Shown: positions 11,263-24,325, counted from the stretch's first letter. The stretch: 64,000 bases of DNA from Octopus bimaculoides (GCF_001194135.2 NC_068986.1:8333937-8397936), one strand, 5' to 3'. Numbers and translations are program-made. Notes: a model not told the origin generated them from the letters alone.

Positions 11263-12875
11263 ATGAAGAACGCTATTTTAATCACAATTTCTATATTTTA
11301 AGAGTTTGCTATATCCAGAACACAACTGGAGATGCGGCTTATTGTTTTTAAGTTGAGTTTGACAGGAATGTATTTTCTCTAGTGGAATAATATATCAACA
11401 ATACAATTACCAAAGTTCCATTTTATCATGTCTTTTGAGTGTTTTACACTTATTTCCAAAGCTGTTATTTCTAAACATTATATAATGTGAAGTTAGATTA
11501 CATTCAGCTAAAAGCTAAAATTATTTCAGCGTGTATTTCATTTCAAGTGCGAAAAGTTCTTAATGGCTCTATAACTATTTCCTACTCTATTTTAAATGTG
11601 ACACAGTTTAGTAACAATTCTTCTGGAAGAGTGCGGTTATAGTGTCGATAAATTCGAGGTGTGATTATTAAACTTAATTTTATACAACAGTGTTTATATT
11701 CAACTGAAATTTAGAGCGAGATCCACACAGCTCGGCACTGGGCGGTTCTTCTATTAACTTTTATCGTAAATTCTTTGGAAAATATTAATTGATTAGATTT
11801 ACACTTTTTACCTATCAACTGATACAGTCATGACGTTTACAACTTACACATTTTCGTATTTTACTGGTATCAGATATTGTAACGCTAATGCACTGTCTTC
11901 ACGAATTTTAGCCCATCATATCAACCCCAGTATATCGTTCCTTAGTTTATCAAAAGTCGTTTATCAATTGACTAATACAACTAACCCATTCAGATTATTG
12001 CGTATTACGGACTACAGCTCGCTGTTTCAGTTATTTGGGAACGGCGAACCAGATCATATTTCCATAACTTGAAATATAGCAGACACGAGAAGCTGTTGAC
12101 TATCTTTAACTAAGAAGTTTCATATCCTGAAAGAGCCGTCGATACTGAAATTATCACTTTTGAAACTACAAAGTCTTTGTGCAGTTCTTTTGTGAACACA
12201 TGGACTGTCATCCTCCAATAATCTGTGGAAAATTACTTGACGATGATAAGTATCCAATATAGCGACAAAATCCAGCAAGTGGCACTTCAGTGATGCCATC
12301 TTAAATATTGCACTCTCACATTTTCGTTGAGGGCAAGATTTCGGCAACGGGCGAAGATAAATTGCATAAATATGGTTCACATCAGAGTAACAGGTCTCAA
12401 AAGAACAAATCATCAGCTGGGGTTGAATATGAGTCTTATTAAGAAAATAATTTTCCTGCTCAATTTGTAACTGAAAGTGGACCTACACTACTTGAATATC
12501 AACAAGAACCCCCGATGCAATAGATAGTTATATTCGAAACAAAATAGATGATATATTCTGTATTGAGGATTGAGAAAAGTTAGGTAAATAAGTTTGGATT
12601 AAATAGCTTTTTTATACAGATCTGCATTTCAAAGAGACAATGCAATCGCTTACGTAACGATTACCACACAACATACAAGAAATCCCAAATAGAACAGGTT
12701 AAAAACCTTACGTATTTCATGAAGTTAAATCTTCTTAAAAAATAGAACGACAAAGGCAGTATTAACACCCAAAGGTAAGATATTCATCTCTTAAAAGCGG
12801 ATGTTGCATAAGAGCACGCAAATACTGCAAGATTTACCAAAAGCTAAGAAACTTATATGGTTGCATGGTATATAA
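11263..12875 (+). pseudogene. Possible heavily decayed LRR-type ectodomain gene
   Basis: Non-repeat stretch. Signal-peptide-like MKNAILITISIF(fs)LRVCYIQ, then LxxLxxLDL-like pieces (SLENIN*LDLH; FLLNL*LKVDLHYLNINKN; ILQDLPKAKKLIWL) across frames with many stops. Pattern impression only. Confidence 0.25.
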
Positions 12876-13476
12876 CAGCGGTAGACAATAACTGCTACTT
12901 CCGTCACTCGGGCTACAAGATCACGTGATTTTACTCTGCTCTCGGCTCTGTGTGAGTGTGTGTGTGTGTGTGTATGTGTGTGTGCGCGCGCGCGAGTGTG
13001 TGTGTGTGTAGATATATAGAGTCAACCGATGAGGTCCAGAGATGCTCAGTATAGAAGGCAGTAGCACTCAAATGTTTTGGAGTTACACTCTGAAATCTTT
13101 ACTGGGGACCAAGTCCGCGGGGAAAAGAGTGACTAGAATAGAAATCTAGAAGAGTAAATATGGAGATAATGATCCAAATAAACAAATAAAGCAGTTTGGT
13201 TTGATATACAATATACAGGCAACGACTGAACATTTTCAGACGATGAATATACATCTATTAACAGAGCAAATATACAAAGAATACAAAGTCAGAGGAGACT
13301 CTGTGTAAGTTTGCTTTGTTAATACATAAATATCTACTAACAATTTCTACTCCATTATTCATCATCCGATAATTTCCACTCTTTGGTTTCTTTCTATTTA
13401 CATGTATACATGTGTAAATATATTCTGTATATCAAACCCAAAGCAGTTTTATTTGTTTATTCGCATCATAATCTTT

Positions 13477-13477
<1 letters not shown>

Positions 13478-13571
<94 letters not shown>

Positions 13572-13575
13572 GCTT
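13478..13575. repeat. (CT)n microsatellite
   Basis: Directly visible. Confidence 0.97.
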
Positions 13576-13719
13576 CCTATATATATATAGATAAATATAT
13601 ATATTTGTTTTGCAATATGACCATCCCCAAGTACAACAACATATATATATATATATATACAAATTAAAAGGGTAAAGGGTTATCAATTTATTAATTAATA
13701 AATCAATTAACAATTAATA

Positions 13720-13960
13720 ATTTTTACCAAGCCCATCGGTATGAAAGCACCATTATTCGTGGAGAACTTATTTGAAAGCTCATATATATTTATAAACATA
13801 ATTAAGGGATCAGCAAATATTTGCTTCACCACATACCGAAGTTCAGAAATAGCAGCTGTGATGCTATCTATGGGATTCTCAGCTTTTTTGTGAATATATA
13901 TGGAGTTGGGGTAAATGTTTTCAAGAAACGACTTGACCTCTCGCGATCCCAGATCCCAGA
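13720..13960 (-). mobile_element. LINE (RTE/CR1-type) RT N-terminal fragment
   Basis: REVKSFLENI...KKAENPIDSITAAISELRYVVKQIFADPLIMFINIY resembles the EV...L..l...KA.GPD.I.aElLkY.....L..lfN segment preceding LINE RT domains. Confidence 0.5.
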
Positions 13961-14064
13961 TGAACCAATCTGAGGGTGGGAAACACAAAAGAGGGCAGCA
14001 GTGCCGAATCCCGCCGTCACCGAAACCCAATCACAAAGGATTGAAGGATTGGCCAATTAAAAGT

Positions 14065-14130
14065 TGATTACAGTGGCGGTGCCCCAGCATGCCCACAGCC
14101 TTACTGCTGAAACATGGCAAAATGAAGAAT
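14065..14130 (+). mobile_element. Isolated 3' tail of SINE family S2
   Basis: GGCGGTGCCCCAGCATGCCCACAG...CTGAAACA...AAATGAAGAATA matches the S2 3' end at 42279-42337. Confidence 0.6.
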
Positions 14131-14154
14131 ATATATATATATATATATATATAN

Positions 14155-15104
14155 NNNNNNNNNNNNNNNNNNNNNNNNNNNNNNNNNNNNNNNNNNNNNN
14201 NNNNNNNNNNNNNNNNNNNNNNNNNNNNNNNNNNNNNNNNNNNNNNNNNNNNNNNNNNNNNNNNNNNNNNNNNNNNNNNNNNNNNNNNNNNNNNNNNNNN
14301 NNNNNNNNNNNNNNNNNNNNNNNNNNNNNNNNNNNNNNNNNNNNNNNNNNNNNNNNNNNNNNNNNNNNNNNNNNNNNNNNNNNNNNNNNNNNNNNNNNNN
14401 NNNNNNNNNNNNNNNNNNNNNNNNNNNNNNNNNNNNNNNNNNNNNNNNNNNNNNNNNNNNNNNNNNNNNNNNNNNNNNNNNNNNNNNNNNNNNNNNNNNN
14501 NNNNNNNNNNNNNNNNNNNNNNNNNNNNNNNNNNNNNNNNNNNNNNNNNNNNNNNNNNNNNNNNNNNNNNNNNNNNNNNNNNNNNNNNNNNNNNNNNNNN
14601 NNNNNNNNNNNNNNNNNNNNNNNNNNNNNNNNNNNNNNNNNNNNNNNNNNNNNNNNNNNNNNNNNNNNNNNNNNNNNNNNNNNNNNNNNNNNNNNNNNNN
14701 NNNNNNNNNNNNNNNNNNNNNNNNNNNNNNNNNNNNNNNNNNNNNNNNNNNNNNNNNNNNNNNNNNNNNNNNNNNNNNNNNNNNNNNNNNNNNNNNNNNN
14801 NNNNNNNNNNNNNNNNNNNNNNNNNNNNNNNNNNNNNNNNNNNNNNNNNNNNNNNNNNNNNNNNNNNNNNNNNNNNNNNNNNNNNNNNNNNNNNNNNNNN
14901 NNNNNNNNNNNNNNNNNNNNNNNNNNNNNNNNNNNNNNNNNNNNNNNNNNNNNNNNNNNNNNNNNNNNNNNNNNNNNNNNNNNNNNNNNNNNNNNNNNNN
15001 NNNNNNNNNNNNNNNNNNNNNNNNNNNNNNNNNNNNNNNNNNNNNNNNNNNNNNNNNNNNNNNNNNNNNNNNNNNNNNNNNNNNNNNNNNNNNNNNNNNN
15101 NNNN

Positions 15105-15105
<1 letters not shown>
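14155..15105. other. Assembly gap (largest of many N runs)
   Basis: Other large gaps at 5301-5482, 8011-8620, 18018-18761, 20030-20846, 22136-22371, 39240-39540, 44470-44642 and 54092-54376, nearly all abutting microsatellites. Confidence 0.99.
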
Positions 15106-15169
<64 letters not shown>

Positions 15170-15329
15170 TTCTCTCTCGCTCCCTATATATATGAGGACG
15201 ACGACGATAAATGTCCTGATGCAGTACCAGACAGTGGCTCTCATGGCTTCTCGTGTACATAGTTTTACCTTGGTTTAACAGATGGGTGACAGTAAATATT
15301 CTGCTCAATACCACACATTCGCTAGTCAG

Positions 15330-15730
15330 TTGTTTTACCTAAGCCAGGTGAGCATGTCTCTTAATGGCTAACGATATGTGCATCTCTCACCACGAGCAGA
15401 ATGGGGGGGGGGGCATCATAGCCATGTGTTGAGAGGAATTTTTTGGGGTTTGAATAATTTACCTCTGGACACATGGGTGTTTCGTTCAACATCCTTAAAC
15501 AAACCTGATTGAGCGGGATGGGCTAATCAACCTGAAGAACATTCTAACTGAGCCCCACCCGCAAGGTCATGCACAGTTATCTTGATATAAGATCATCATG
15601 TCGCACACATACGGTTGTGATGCTTGTGCCTGGTGTACCCTTATCAGACGAGTAGTCATGAGGGGTATATTGGGCTTCGTACAATTGTACCCCAGTGTCA
15701 TGTGCTGCTCTCTCACTCAATAATAATAAT
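15330..15730 (+). mobile_element. Unassigned retroposon-like repeat ending in (AAT)n
   Basis: GC-richer block ending CTCTCTCACTC-AATAATAATAAT; no ORF identified; single copy in this window, so repeat status is inferred. Confidence 0.35.
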
Positions 15731-15967
15731 GGTTCAGATAAAAAGGGTACTTGAAAAAATATGCACCAGGTAGGGTTGGATAAACCTGAGGTCACCGCCT
15801 ATGGTTTATAAATATCAAATAGGATATTCTTGTTGTGTACACAGAGAAACGAACCCTATGAGTATTTAGCACCTATGGGCTGATCCAAAGCACATGTTAC
15901 GTTGATTGTACGTTGTGGTATGATCCAGGGTGTCCGACGTGTCGTAAGTCCCTATTGTGTATTATAA

Positions 15968-16206
15968 TCAAATGATAAATAACAGACGATGGACAATTGT
16001 CAGCTCATTACAGCTGTTTCTTGCGCATTTTTAAATAGAAGAATGAGGACAGTACGTCATTGCATTTTCTTGGTAAGCCTCGACAGATTTCAGTCACGTC
16101 CCTGTTGATTTTTGCAATGACGTAATGTTCTCATTCATCTATTTAAGAAATACGTAAGAAACAGCTGTAATGAGCTGACAATGATCGTCTGTTATTATTC
16201 ATTTGA
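15968..16206. mobile_element. Foldback (MITE-like) element with ~95-bp inverted arms
   Basis: 15968-16064 is the near reverse complement of 16113-16206, with a 48-nt spacer; each arm carries GAAACAGCTGTA on one strand. Confidence 0.85.
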
Positions 16207-16256
<50 letters not shown>

Positions 16257-17799
16257 NNNNNNNNNNNNNNNNNNNNNTATATATATACAGAGAGAGAGAG
16301 ATTCTTTTCCTCATATTTTATATATTCTTTTGTAAGACTAGGAATACTATCCACAGGCAAATACTGCAAGATATTTGAAAAACTGACTGGTTAGATAAAT
16401 GATTCATTTGTCATTACTGTGTAAATTATAACCGTATTTTAAAAATTTCAGTCGTGTTCACTTAGTTGTAGTTATTTATTTGTGCATTGCTACGAAGCTT
16501 CTCGATTGTTACAATTTCTAGTGAAACGACATTTTGAGAGAAACTGCAGTTTATACCCGTTTTTTTTTTTTTTCTTTTCAGGGAATATATAATTAATATA
16601 TGGAAATCGCGTATGTATCGTTATATGTATCTATGTATGCACGTATGTATATTTGTATGTGTATGTGAGCATTTATGTATGTATGCCTGTATGCAAATGC
16701 ATGTGTATGTATGTATGTATGTGTGTATTATGTACTTATGTATTTTTGTTCTTTTTATTTGGGAGGGATTCCTTCTAGAACGTAGAAGCCAGTTTCTAAG
16801 AAAGGGACAAAACTCTATCATTGCGCTTTGGATAAGAACAACAACAGTTATTAGATATCGAATTTAAGGAGATGTATATATGTCTGCATACATGTATGCA
16901 AGCATGTATAAGTATATATTTATGCATGTATGTATACATGTATATATATGTTTATATAAAAGTATCTATGTATGTATGCATGTATGTATGTGTGTGTGTG
17001 CGTGTGCATGCGTTTGTGTGTGAGTATGCGAGAGAAAGAGAAAGAAGGAGAGTACTATGTAAGTATTTATTTTCCAACTTGTCTTCTATTACAGTAACGG
17101 AAATTTGCATAAGCACAGTACGACTTCCAGGGTAATAATTTAATAGACTAGTGCGGTAGTTTCTGACGCTTTGTAGAAATTACAAGCCACAAAATACTTT
17201 ATAGATATGGCAAAAATATCCTAACAACATCACGTGACTACGAACGGCTCATTCACATGAAAAGCTTTTACTGTTCTCAGAAAAAAAGTTGGAAGAATCA
17301 AACTTGTTGCATGATGCTTCAAGCTCAAGTCTACTGTCACTCGAAGAATGCCGAAAGAAGATATTATAAAAGCATTATGAGAAATGCAAAATTATAATTG
17401 GTCATGCGAGTGGCAGCTGTATCAGTGAAGCTTCTAACATTGTCAATGTAAGTGTATGCAGATTAATCTATTCAAGTGGATGAGCGCCATAGAAATTTCA
17501 TTTGCTGCGTTCAATTACATTTGAAGATAATCAAAAGAGTTTATAATTTGTCCAGATGATTCTGAATAATTAAAACTTGTTTAATGAAATTTTTTGCTCA
17601 GATAAATCATACTAATTCATTAATTGCCATACTGGAATCATTTGGTGCATTAAATCTCAAGTGTTGCCGCTGCATTTTTCTATGAAATAATTGAAATATT
17701 TCAAGTCTGTTGTCGAAAAATTACGAATTCATTTCTTTTCAAATAATGAAATACGTATCGTCACAATATCTTTTGTCGTTTGCCTTCTATTTGTTTCAG

Positions 17800-18973
17800 A
17801 CATTACACCCGGCCATGCTGTAGCACCGCCTTGAAAAATATTTAGTCGAACAAATCGACCTCAGTCGTTTTTTAAACCTGGCACTTATTCTATCGACCTC
17901 TTTTGCCAAACCTGCAAATCTCGAGGACGTAAGCACAAAAACACCGGTTATCAAGCATTGTGGGAGAACAGCCGCAGATAAAAAACACACACACGTATAT
18001 ATATATATACATATATANNNNNNNNNNNNNNNNNNNNNNNNNNNNNNNNNNNNNNNNNNNNNNNNNNNNNNNNNNNNNNNNNNNNNNNNNNNNNNNNNNN
18101 NNNNNNNNNNNNNNNNNNNNNNNNNNNNNNNNNNNNNNNNNNNNNNNNNNNNNNNNNNNNNNNNNNNNNNNNNNNNNNNNNNNNNNNNNNNNNNNNNNNN
18201 NNNNNNNNNNNNNNNNNNNNNNNNNNNNNNNNNNNNNNNNNNNNNNNNNNNNNNNNNNNNNNNNNNNNNNNNNNNNNNNNNNNNNNNNNNNNNNNNNNNN
18301 NNNNNNNNNNNNNNNNNNNNNNNNNNNNNNNNNNNNNNNNNNNNNNNNNNNNNNNNNNNNNNNNNNNNNNNNNNNNNNNNNNNNNNNNNNNNNNNNNNNN
18401 NNNNNNNNNNNNNNNNNNNNNNNNNNNNNNNNNNNNNNNNNNNNNNNNNNNNNNNNNNNNNNNNNNNNNNNNNNNNNNNNNNNNNNNNNNNNNNNNNNNN
18501 NNNNNNNNNNNNNNNNNNNNNNNNNNNNNNNNNNNNNNNNNNNNNNNNNNNNNNNNNNNNNNNNNNNNNNNNNNNNNNNNNNNNNNNNNNNNNNNNNNNN
18601 NNNNNNNNNNNNNNNNNNNNNNNNNNNNNNNNNNNNNNNNNNNNNNNNNNNNNNNNNNNNNNNNNNNNNNNNNNNNNNNNNNNNNNNNNNNNNNNNNNNN
18701 NNNNNNNNNNNNNNNNNNNNNNNNNNNNNNNNNNNNNNNNNNNNNNNNNNNNNNNNNNNNNGAGGTATGTGGATAGGCTTAGGGTGGGTTATTTGGGAGT
18801 GGGTGTAAAGGATGGGTGGGGTGGGAGGGGATGGATCCGTGTACCAAAACCAATCACAAGGCGTTGGTCGGCCCGAAGCTATAGACGAAGACACTTGCCC
18901 AAAGTACCACGCAATGGGATTGAACCCGGGACCATGTGGCCGGGAAACAAGCCTTTAACTACACAGCCACACA
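17800..18973 (-). mobile_element. SINE family S2 spanning an assembly gap
   Basis: 3' half at 17800-17980 and tRNA-like 5' half at 18845-18973 lie in the same orientation either side of the internal microsatellite and N gap; single-copy status inferred. Confidence 0.7.
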
Positions 18974-19982
18974 TAACATAATGATACATTTCGCCATTTT
19001 GTTTTTCATTGCTTAAACATTGGCTTATAGAAAGCTGGATTTTATCAAACCCTGCACAAACACACACACACACACAAGAATATGATTACGCGATTAGGCT
19101 TAGAAAATTTATATATATATATGTCTTACGGGCTTTCAAAATGCTTTTGTTCATGATATTCCAGATGCCCTGTCTCTGGTTAGACTGGGGTTACAGTGAG
19201 AGACAGTCTCGCAAGGGGTCCATGCAGTGAGATCAAACTTGAAACCAGATGTTTACCAAAGAAACGTCTTGTCCACGCAGCCATGCCTGCTTCTATCATG
19301 TTTGTGTGATTGCGCTTTTCATGTTTGTCTTTTCAATAAAAATCAAACATTAACCACTCCAAACATTTCCTCTATAGATAAGACCAGTAATCTTGAAACG
19401 TCTATGGAACTTTCTTTGTAGGTGCGCGCGTGTGAGATCGAACGTATGTATGTGTATGTATGTGTATGTATGTGTGTGTATGTGTGTGTATGTGCGTGTC
19501 TATGTATGGGATTATCCAATTAATGTTTGATAGCATTTTTGAAGGAGAAAAATTCCATTGACTACAGAAAAAAAAACCAGAAAGTCACCGACACCATTCT
19601 ACCGTTTTGATGTATTATCTCTGTTTCAGTGAACTTCTATAACCTTTCTCTTCTTTTTACCTCTGGCTCTCTTCTGCTACGTATCTTCCAACTCCCTCTC
19701 TTTCATCACCCACTCTTTGTTTTCCTTTCTCCCACCCCTCTCTCTAACTTACTCTTTATGTTTGACGTAGATAAAATAACTAGCCCGTGACCCACATGCC
19801 AAAAAAGTAAATATTTTATCACTTGCCAGCCATTGACCAATCATCAGCAAAAGTAAATTCGTAAAATGTCAAAAGACTCTACTGCTGTTCGTTAGGTTTA
19901 CCAAGTCTAACACGATTCTTTGCAAAACGTTCACGAGCAACATCCGCACGGTAAGACGAAAATAATACATTGAAAGTTTATA

Positions 19983-20029
<47 letters not shown>

Positions 20030-20845
20030 NNNNNNNNNNNNNNNNNNNNNNNNNNNNNNNNNNNNNNNNNNNNNNNNNNNNNNNNNNNNNNNNNNNNNNN
20101 NNNNNNNNNNNNNNNNNNNNNNNNNNNNNNNNNNNNNNNNNNNNNNNNNNNNNNNNNNNNNNNNNNNNNNNNNNNNNNNNNNNNNNNNNNNNNNNNNNNN
20201 NNNNNNNNNNNNNNNNNNNNNNNNNNNNNNNNNNNNNNNNNNNNNNNNNNNNNNNNNNNNNNNNNNNNNNNNNNNNNNNNNNNNNNNNNNNNNNNNNNNN
20301 NNNNNNNNNNNNNNNNNNNNNNNNNNNNNNNNNNNNNNNNNNNNNNNNNNNNNNNNNNNNNNNNNNNNNNNNNNNNNNNNNNNNNNNNNNNNNNNNNNNN
20401 NNNNNNNNNNNNNNNNNNNNNNNNNNNNNNNNNNNNNNNNNNNNNNNNNNNNNNNNNNNNNNNNNNNNNNNNNNNNNNNNNNNNNNNNNNNNNNNNNNNN
20501 NNNNNNNNNNNNNNNNNNNNNNNNNNNNNNNNNNNNNNNNNNNNNNNNNNNNNNNNNNNNNNNNNNNNNNNNNNNNNNNNNNNNNNNNNNNNNNNNNNNN
20601 NNNNNNNNNNNNNNNNNNNNNNNNNNNNNNNNNNNNNNNNNNNNNNNNNNNNNNNNNNNNNNNNNNNNNNNNNNNNNNNNNNNNNNNNNNNNNNNNNNNN
20701 NNNNNNNNNNNNNNNNNNNNNNNNNNNNNNNNNNNNNNNNNNNNNNNNNNNNNNNNNNNNNNNNNNNNNNNNNNNNNNNNNNNNNNNNNNNNNNNNNNNN
20801 NNNNNNNNNNNNNNNNNNNNNNNNNNNNNNNNNNNNNNNNNNNNN

Positions 20846-21243
20846 TTTTACTTGTTTCAGTCATTTGACTGCGGCTATGCTGGAGCACCGCCTTTATAGT
20901 CGAGCAAATCAACCCCAGAGCTTATTCTTTGTAAGCCTAGTATTTATTCTATCGCTCTCTTTTGCCGAACCGCTAAGTTACGGGGACGTAAACACACCAG
21001 CATCGGTTGTCAAGCGATGCTGGGGAGACAAACAGACACACAAACATATACACATACATACACACATATACATATATATATACATATACGACGGGCTTCT
21101 CCCAGTTTTCGTCTACCAAACCCACTCACAAGGCTTTGGTCGGCCCGTGGCTACAGTGGAAGACACTTGCTCAAGGTGGGACTGAACCCGGGACCATGTG
21201 TTTGGTAAGCAAGCTACTTACCACACAGCCACTCCTGCACCTA
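20846..21243 (-). mobile_element. Full-length tRNA-derived SINE, family S2
   Basis: Minus strand: GGTGCAGGAGTGGCTGTGTGGTAAG (A box)...GGTTCAGTCCC (B box), internal (TA/TG)n, and 3' GGCGGTGCTCCAGCATAGCCGCAGTCAAATGACTGAAACAAGTAAAAA. Confidence 0.92.
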
Positions 21244-22819
21244 TATATTAGAATTTATTGTAAAACCAAATGTATATACAATAGTCTAAAGATATCTGGA
21301 AGTATTCTTAAACGAGAATTTATCGATCGTTACGAGACGCATTTTTACACCTCCAGTTGAATATTGGTAAATATCATCTTGAAATCAAACTGTTCGATTT
21401 CTTCTATTCACCTTTTCGTGAAATATCCGTTACCTAACTTAATCTGTATTCAAATAAAATGTGACGATAGAAACAGAATTAGTAACTCTTCATTTTTTTT
21501 TTAGAACAGCTAATAATCCGGGATAAAGATTTGTAATTTAATGTTAAGATAAAGGTAGTCGTGTGTGCGTCTGTGTCTTTGATGCTTTGTAAATCAATTC
21601 TTCTTTATGCAATTCCATTTGTTATGGCAGCTCTTGGAAGTGTGTCTTAAATTCAATCTGAATCCTTGAGTCAAGAATTTCAAGTCATTTGGAATCATCC
21701 AATGGAATGGTATGATAGTAGGCCTGGATATTATCATCACCAATTTCTCTCTTTTCCTTCTGGGCCGAAAAATTCAAAGTTTCGAACTGAGCAGAATGAA
21801 TTTTGTTTTAATCGAATTCAGTTTATTACCTGCAGTTGTAACAATTTTTATTCCTTTATTTTCTTTTACATAAAATATAAACCTGACACATAAATTTCGT
21901 CACTTCTATTCTACTTCAACTCGTCTTGCATTAAAACTGTTTTCAAAGAATTCATAAATTATTTGAGAATGATAGTAAAATGTTCTCAGACAGACATCGC
22001 TCCACAATCAACAAACCTCCGTGTGAAAAAGCGAACGATTAAAAAAGTTTTATTGTTTTGTTCTCACTGTTGTCTGAATAACTTAAGGGAATTGTTTCTA
22101 ATTTCGTTAACTACTATAATGACATCTCTAATATANNNNNNNNNNNNNNNNNNNNNNNNNNNNNNNNNNNNNNNNNNNNNNNNNNNNNNNNNNNNNNNNN
22201 NNNNNNNNNNNNNNNNNNNNNNNNNNNNNNNNNNNNNNNNNNNNNNNNNNNNNNNNNNNNNNNNNNNNNNNNNNNNNNNNNNNNNNNNNNNNNNNNNNNN
22301 NNNNNNNNNNNNNNNNNNNNNNNNNNNNNNNNNNNNNNNNNNNNNNNNNNNNNNNNNNNNNNNNNNNNNNNTATATATATATATATATCACTTCACCATT
22401 TCCGGAATCATTCAATGTTTCCTGTGGTGTTCTCTATAAGACTGATAGGATGAGTTAAGTTCTTTGACCCACGGTGACGGAGTAATGGGCTGCTGTTGGA
22501 GATTAATCAAATCTGAAATCAGCGCTGATATCACTCCATCTTGCTTGCCGTAGGGAGAGATCTAGTCTCCCTTGTCAACTGTTAGAAAAGTGCTCTCACA
22601 TGGCTAAGAATTGTTTTGACTCTTATTTCTAGCAATGCTGGTGCTTACTAGCACCCTCCATCATTTCAGTGACGACTACACTAGTTGCTTTTCAGTTGTG
22701 AATTGCGAATAGCCACCTTAATAATTTATAACTGTATCTATATATATATATTAGTATAGTATGGTTTTCATGAAGCATTGTTTGATATATAAAAATGATT
22801 TAAATATATTTTAAAGTTA

Positions 22820-23835
22820 AAACAATGCAAAGTATAAAAGTCGATGGTTAGTCCTGTCATCTGCTCTTTCGATGTTTCAGGGTTAGGACTCCTTCTTCGG
22901 GAAATTTACGAAGAAAAGATGCTGATAGTTGATGTCTCTGCTCTGTAGTGCGGGTGTATGAAGGGTTGTTTCGCGTTGCTAACGTCAGAAATCAGCTGCG
23001 TGCCATTCAGGTCTGTTAATAATTCCCGGCTCTGTTAATTAACTTAGGTTCTTTTAATCTCAAGTTCCCATTGTATTTTGGTTTTTTTCTTTCTCTGTAG
23101 GTTGAATGAAAACTCATACGTTTTGAATGTGGCATTTTTGTAGATGTTTTCTGACGGAAAAAGCATTAGCGTTGAGGTTTTCTTTAACGTGTATGTGAAC
23201 TCGTCTGATTGTACTTTTGGTGTAGAATTCCTTGCATTTGTTGCACGTGATTTCACTCACATCGTTGAGCCGCCGACATATATTTCCATACGTGATCAGG
23301 AAGTTCGATAATGTACATAAGGTGCTGTTTTGGCGGTTTATAGTCAGGACACTCCTCAGAGAAGATCCTGCATGTTCCAGTCGTATATTCAATCCCTCCA
23401 TACGGATCGGACGGCGGATTGCTCCAGCTGTTTTCGTTTTTTTTTTTTATTATTTCGTTCTCTTTTCATTAAAATGTGAGTTTCAGAAAACGCAGGCTAT
23501 CCTTGGAGGTGTAGATCTGGTCGTTCGGTTTAATGATGCTCTAGCATTTAGTGAAAGAGTATGGATAACCATCCTCCGTCAGGACATTTCGTAATTGTAT
23601 GATGTTCGTGCTTTCGAATCGAGGTATCAGAGAATTATCTCTGATAAACAAGGATGAAAAGCAGTATGTAGAGGCTAAATAGATCCCTGCAAAAGATAGT
23701 AATGGTATTAATATGAGAATGTCATCCGCATATCTGGCGAAAAATGCATAAGAATGACAGCTGTTCAGTGCCCTGCGTTCTAACCGGTCCATAGATATGA
23801 CGACCAGTAAGTCTGACAAGGTTGACCCATCGGCA
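22820..23835 (-). mobile_element. Penelope-like element remnant: deleted RT, GIY-YIG and 3' repeat with HHR
   Basis: SDLLVVISMDRLERRAL...FFARYADDILIL (RT YADD), then EITCNKCKEFYTKSTIRRVHIHVKENLNANAFSVRKHLQKC (decayed GIY-YIG), followed by an HHR-like motif on the same strand. Confidence 0.8.
22867..22904 (-). ncRNA. Degenerate minimal hammerhead ribozyme (CCGAAGA core, collapsed stem III)
   Basis: TTTC-CCGAAGA-AGG agtcctaac CCT-GAAA-C-ATC-GAAA: stems I (4 bp) and II (3 bp) pair, but the stem III loop is missing. Confidence 0.5.
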
Positions 23836-23914
23836 CTCTAGAGATGTTTTTTTTTTTTTGTAAATGGACCCTTTGAACAGGAAGATGCTTTCCATTATTG
23901 TAATTAATTGTTCA

Positions 23915-24170
23915 TGAATATCTGGAGCTGTGAGCGCAAAACAGTTAAGGTTGTGAGAGTAGGCAATGCTCTGAACCTCAACAAATTCAGGTCCAAAGAT
24001 AAGGATACTAAACTTAAAGATACACTAAGCCGCTCTTTAGAGACAATAGGAGACTCATATCTTTCCAAATGGATCAAATGTCAGGACATATTCGCTACAT
24101 CTTCACTCGAAGTATTCGGGAAAATAGAACGTAAACACCAAGACTGGTTTAATGAGAATTATGATGACGG
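23915..24170 (+). mobile_element. RTE-clade LINE fragment (endonuclease-RT linker)
   Basis: LNLNKF...SKWIKCQDIFATSSLEVFGKIERKHQDWFNEN; the RKHQDWFDEN-type motif is characteristic of RTE/BovB-like ORFs. Confidence 0.8.
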
Positions 24171-24214
24171 GGTTTCCACTGATCCCAATAACTTGACTTC
24201 TACTATGTCTTAAC

Positions 24215-24325
24215 GATGCGGAGGGATGGAAAGCAATGTTGACTCAGGTGCTATTTGGACTCAGAACGTAACAGAGCTGTTAAATACCGCACTAACGATT
24301 CTGCCAAACAACGATTGCATGATAA
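24215..24325 (-). mobile_element. Degenerate partial SINE S1
   Basis: GGAAAGCAATGTTGACTC...GACTCAGAACGTAAC...CTAACGATTCTGCCA is a decayed S1 head and core. Confidence 0.55.
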
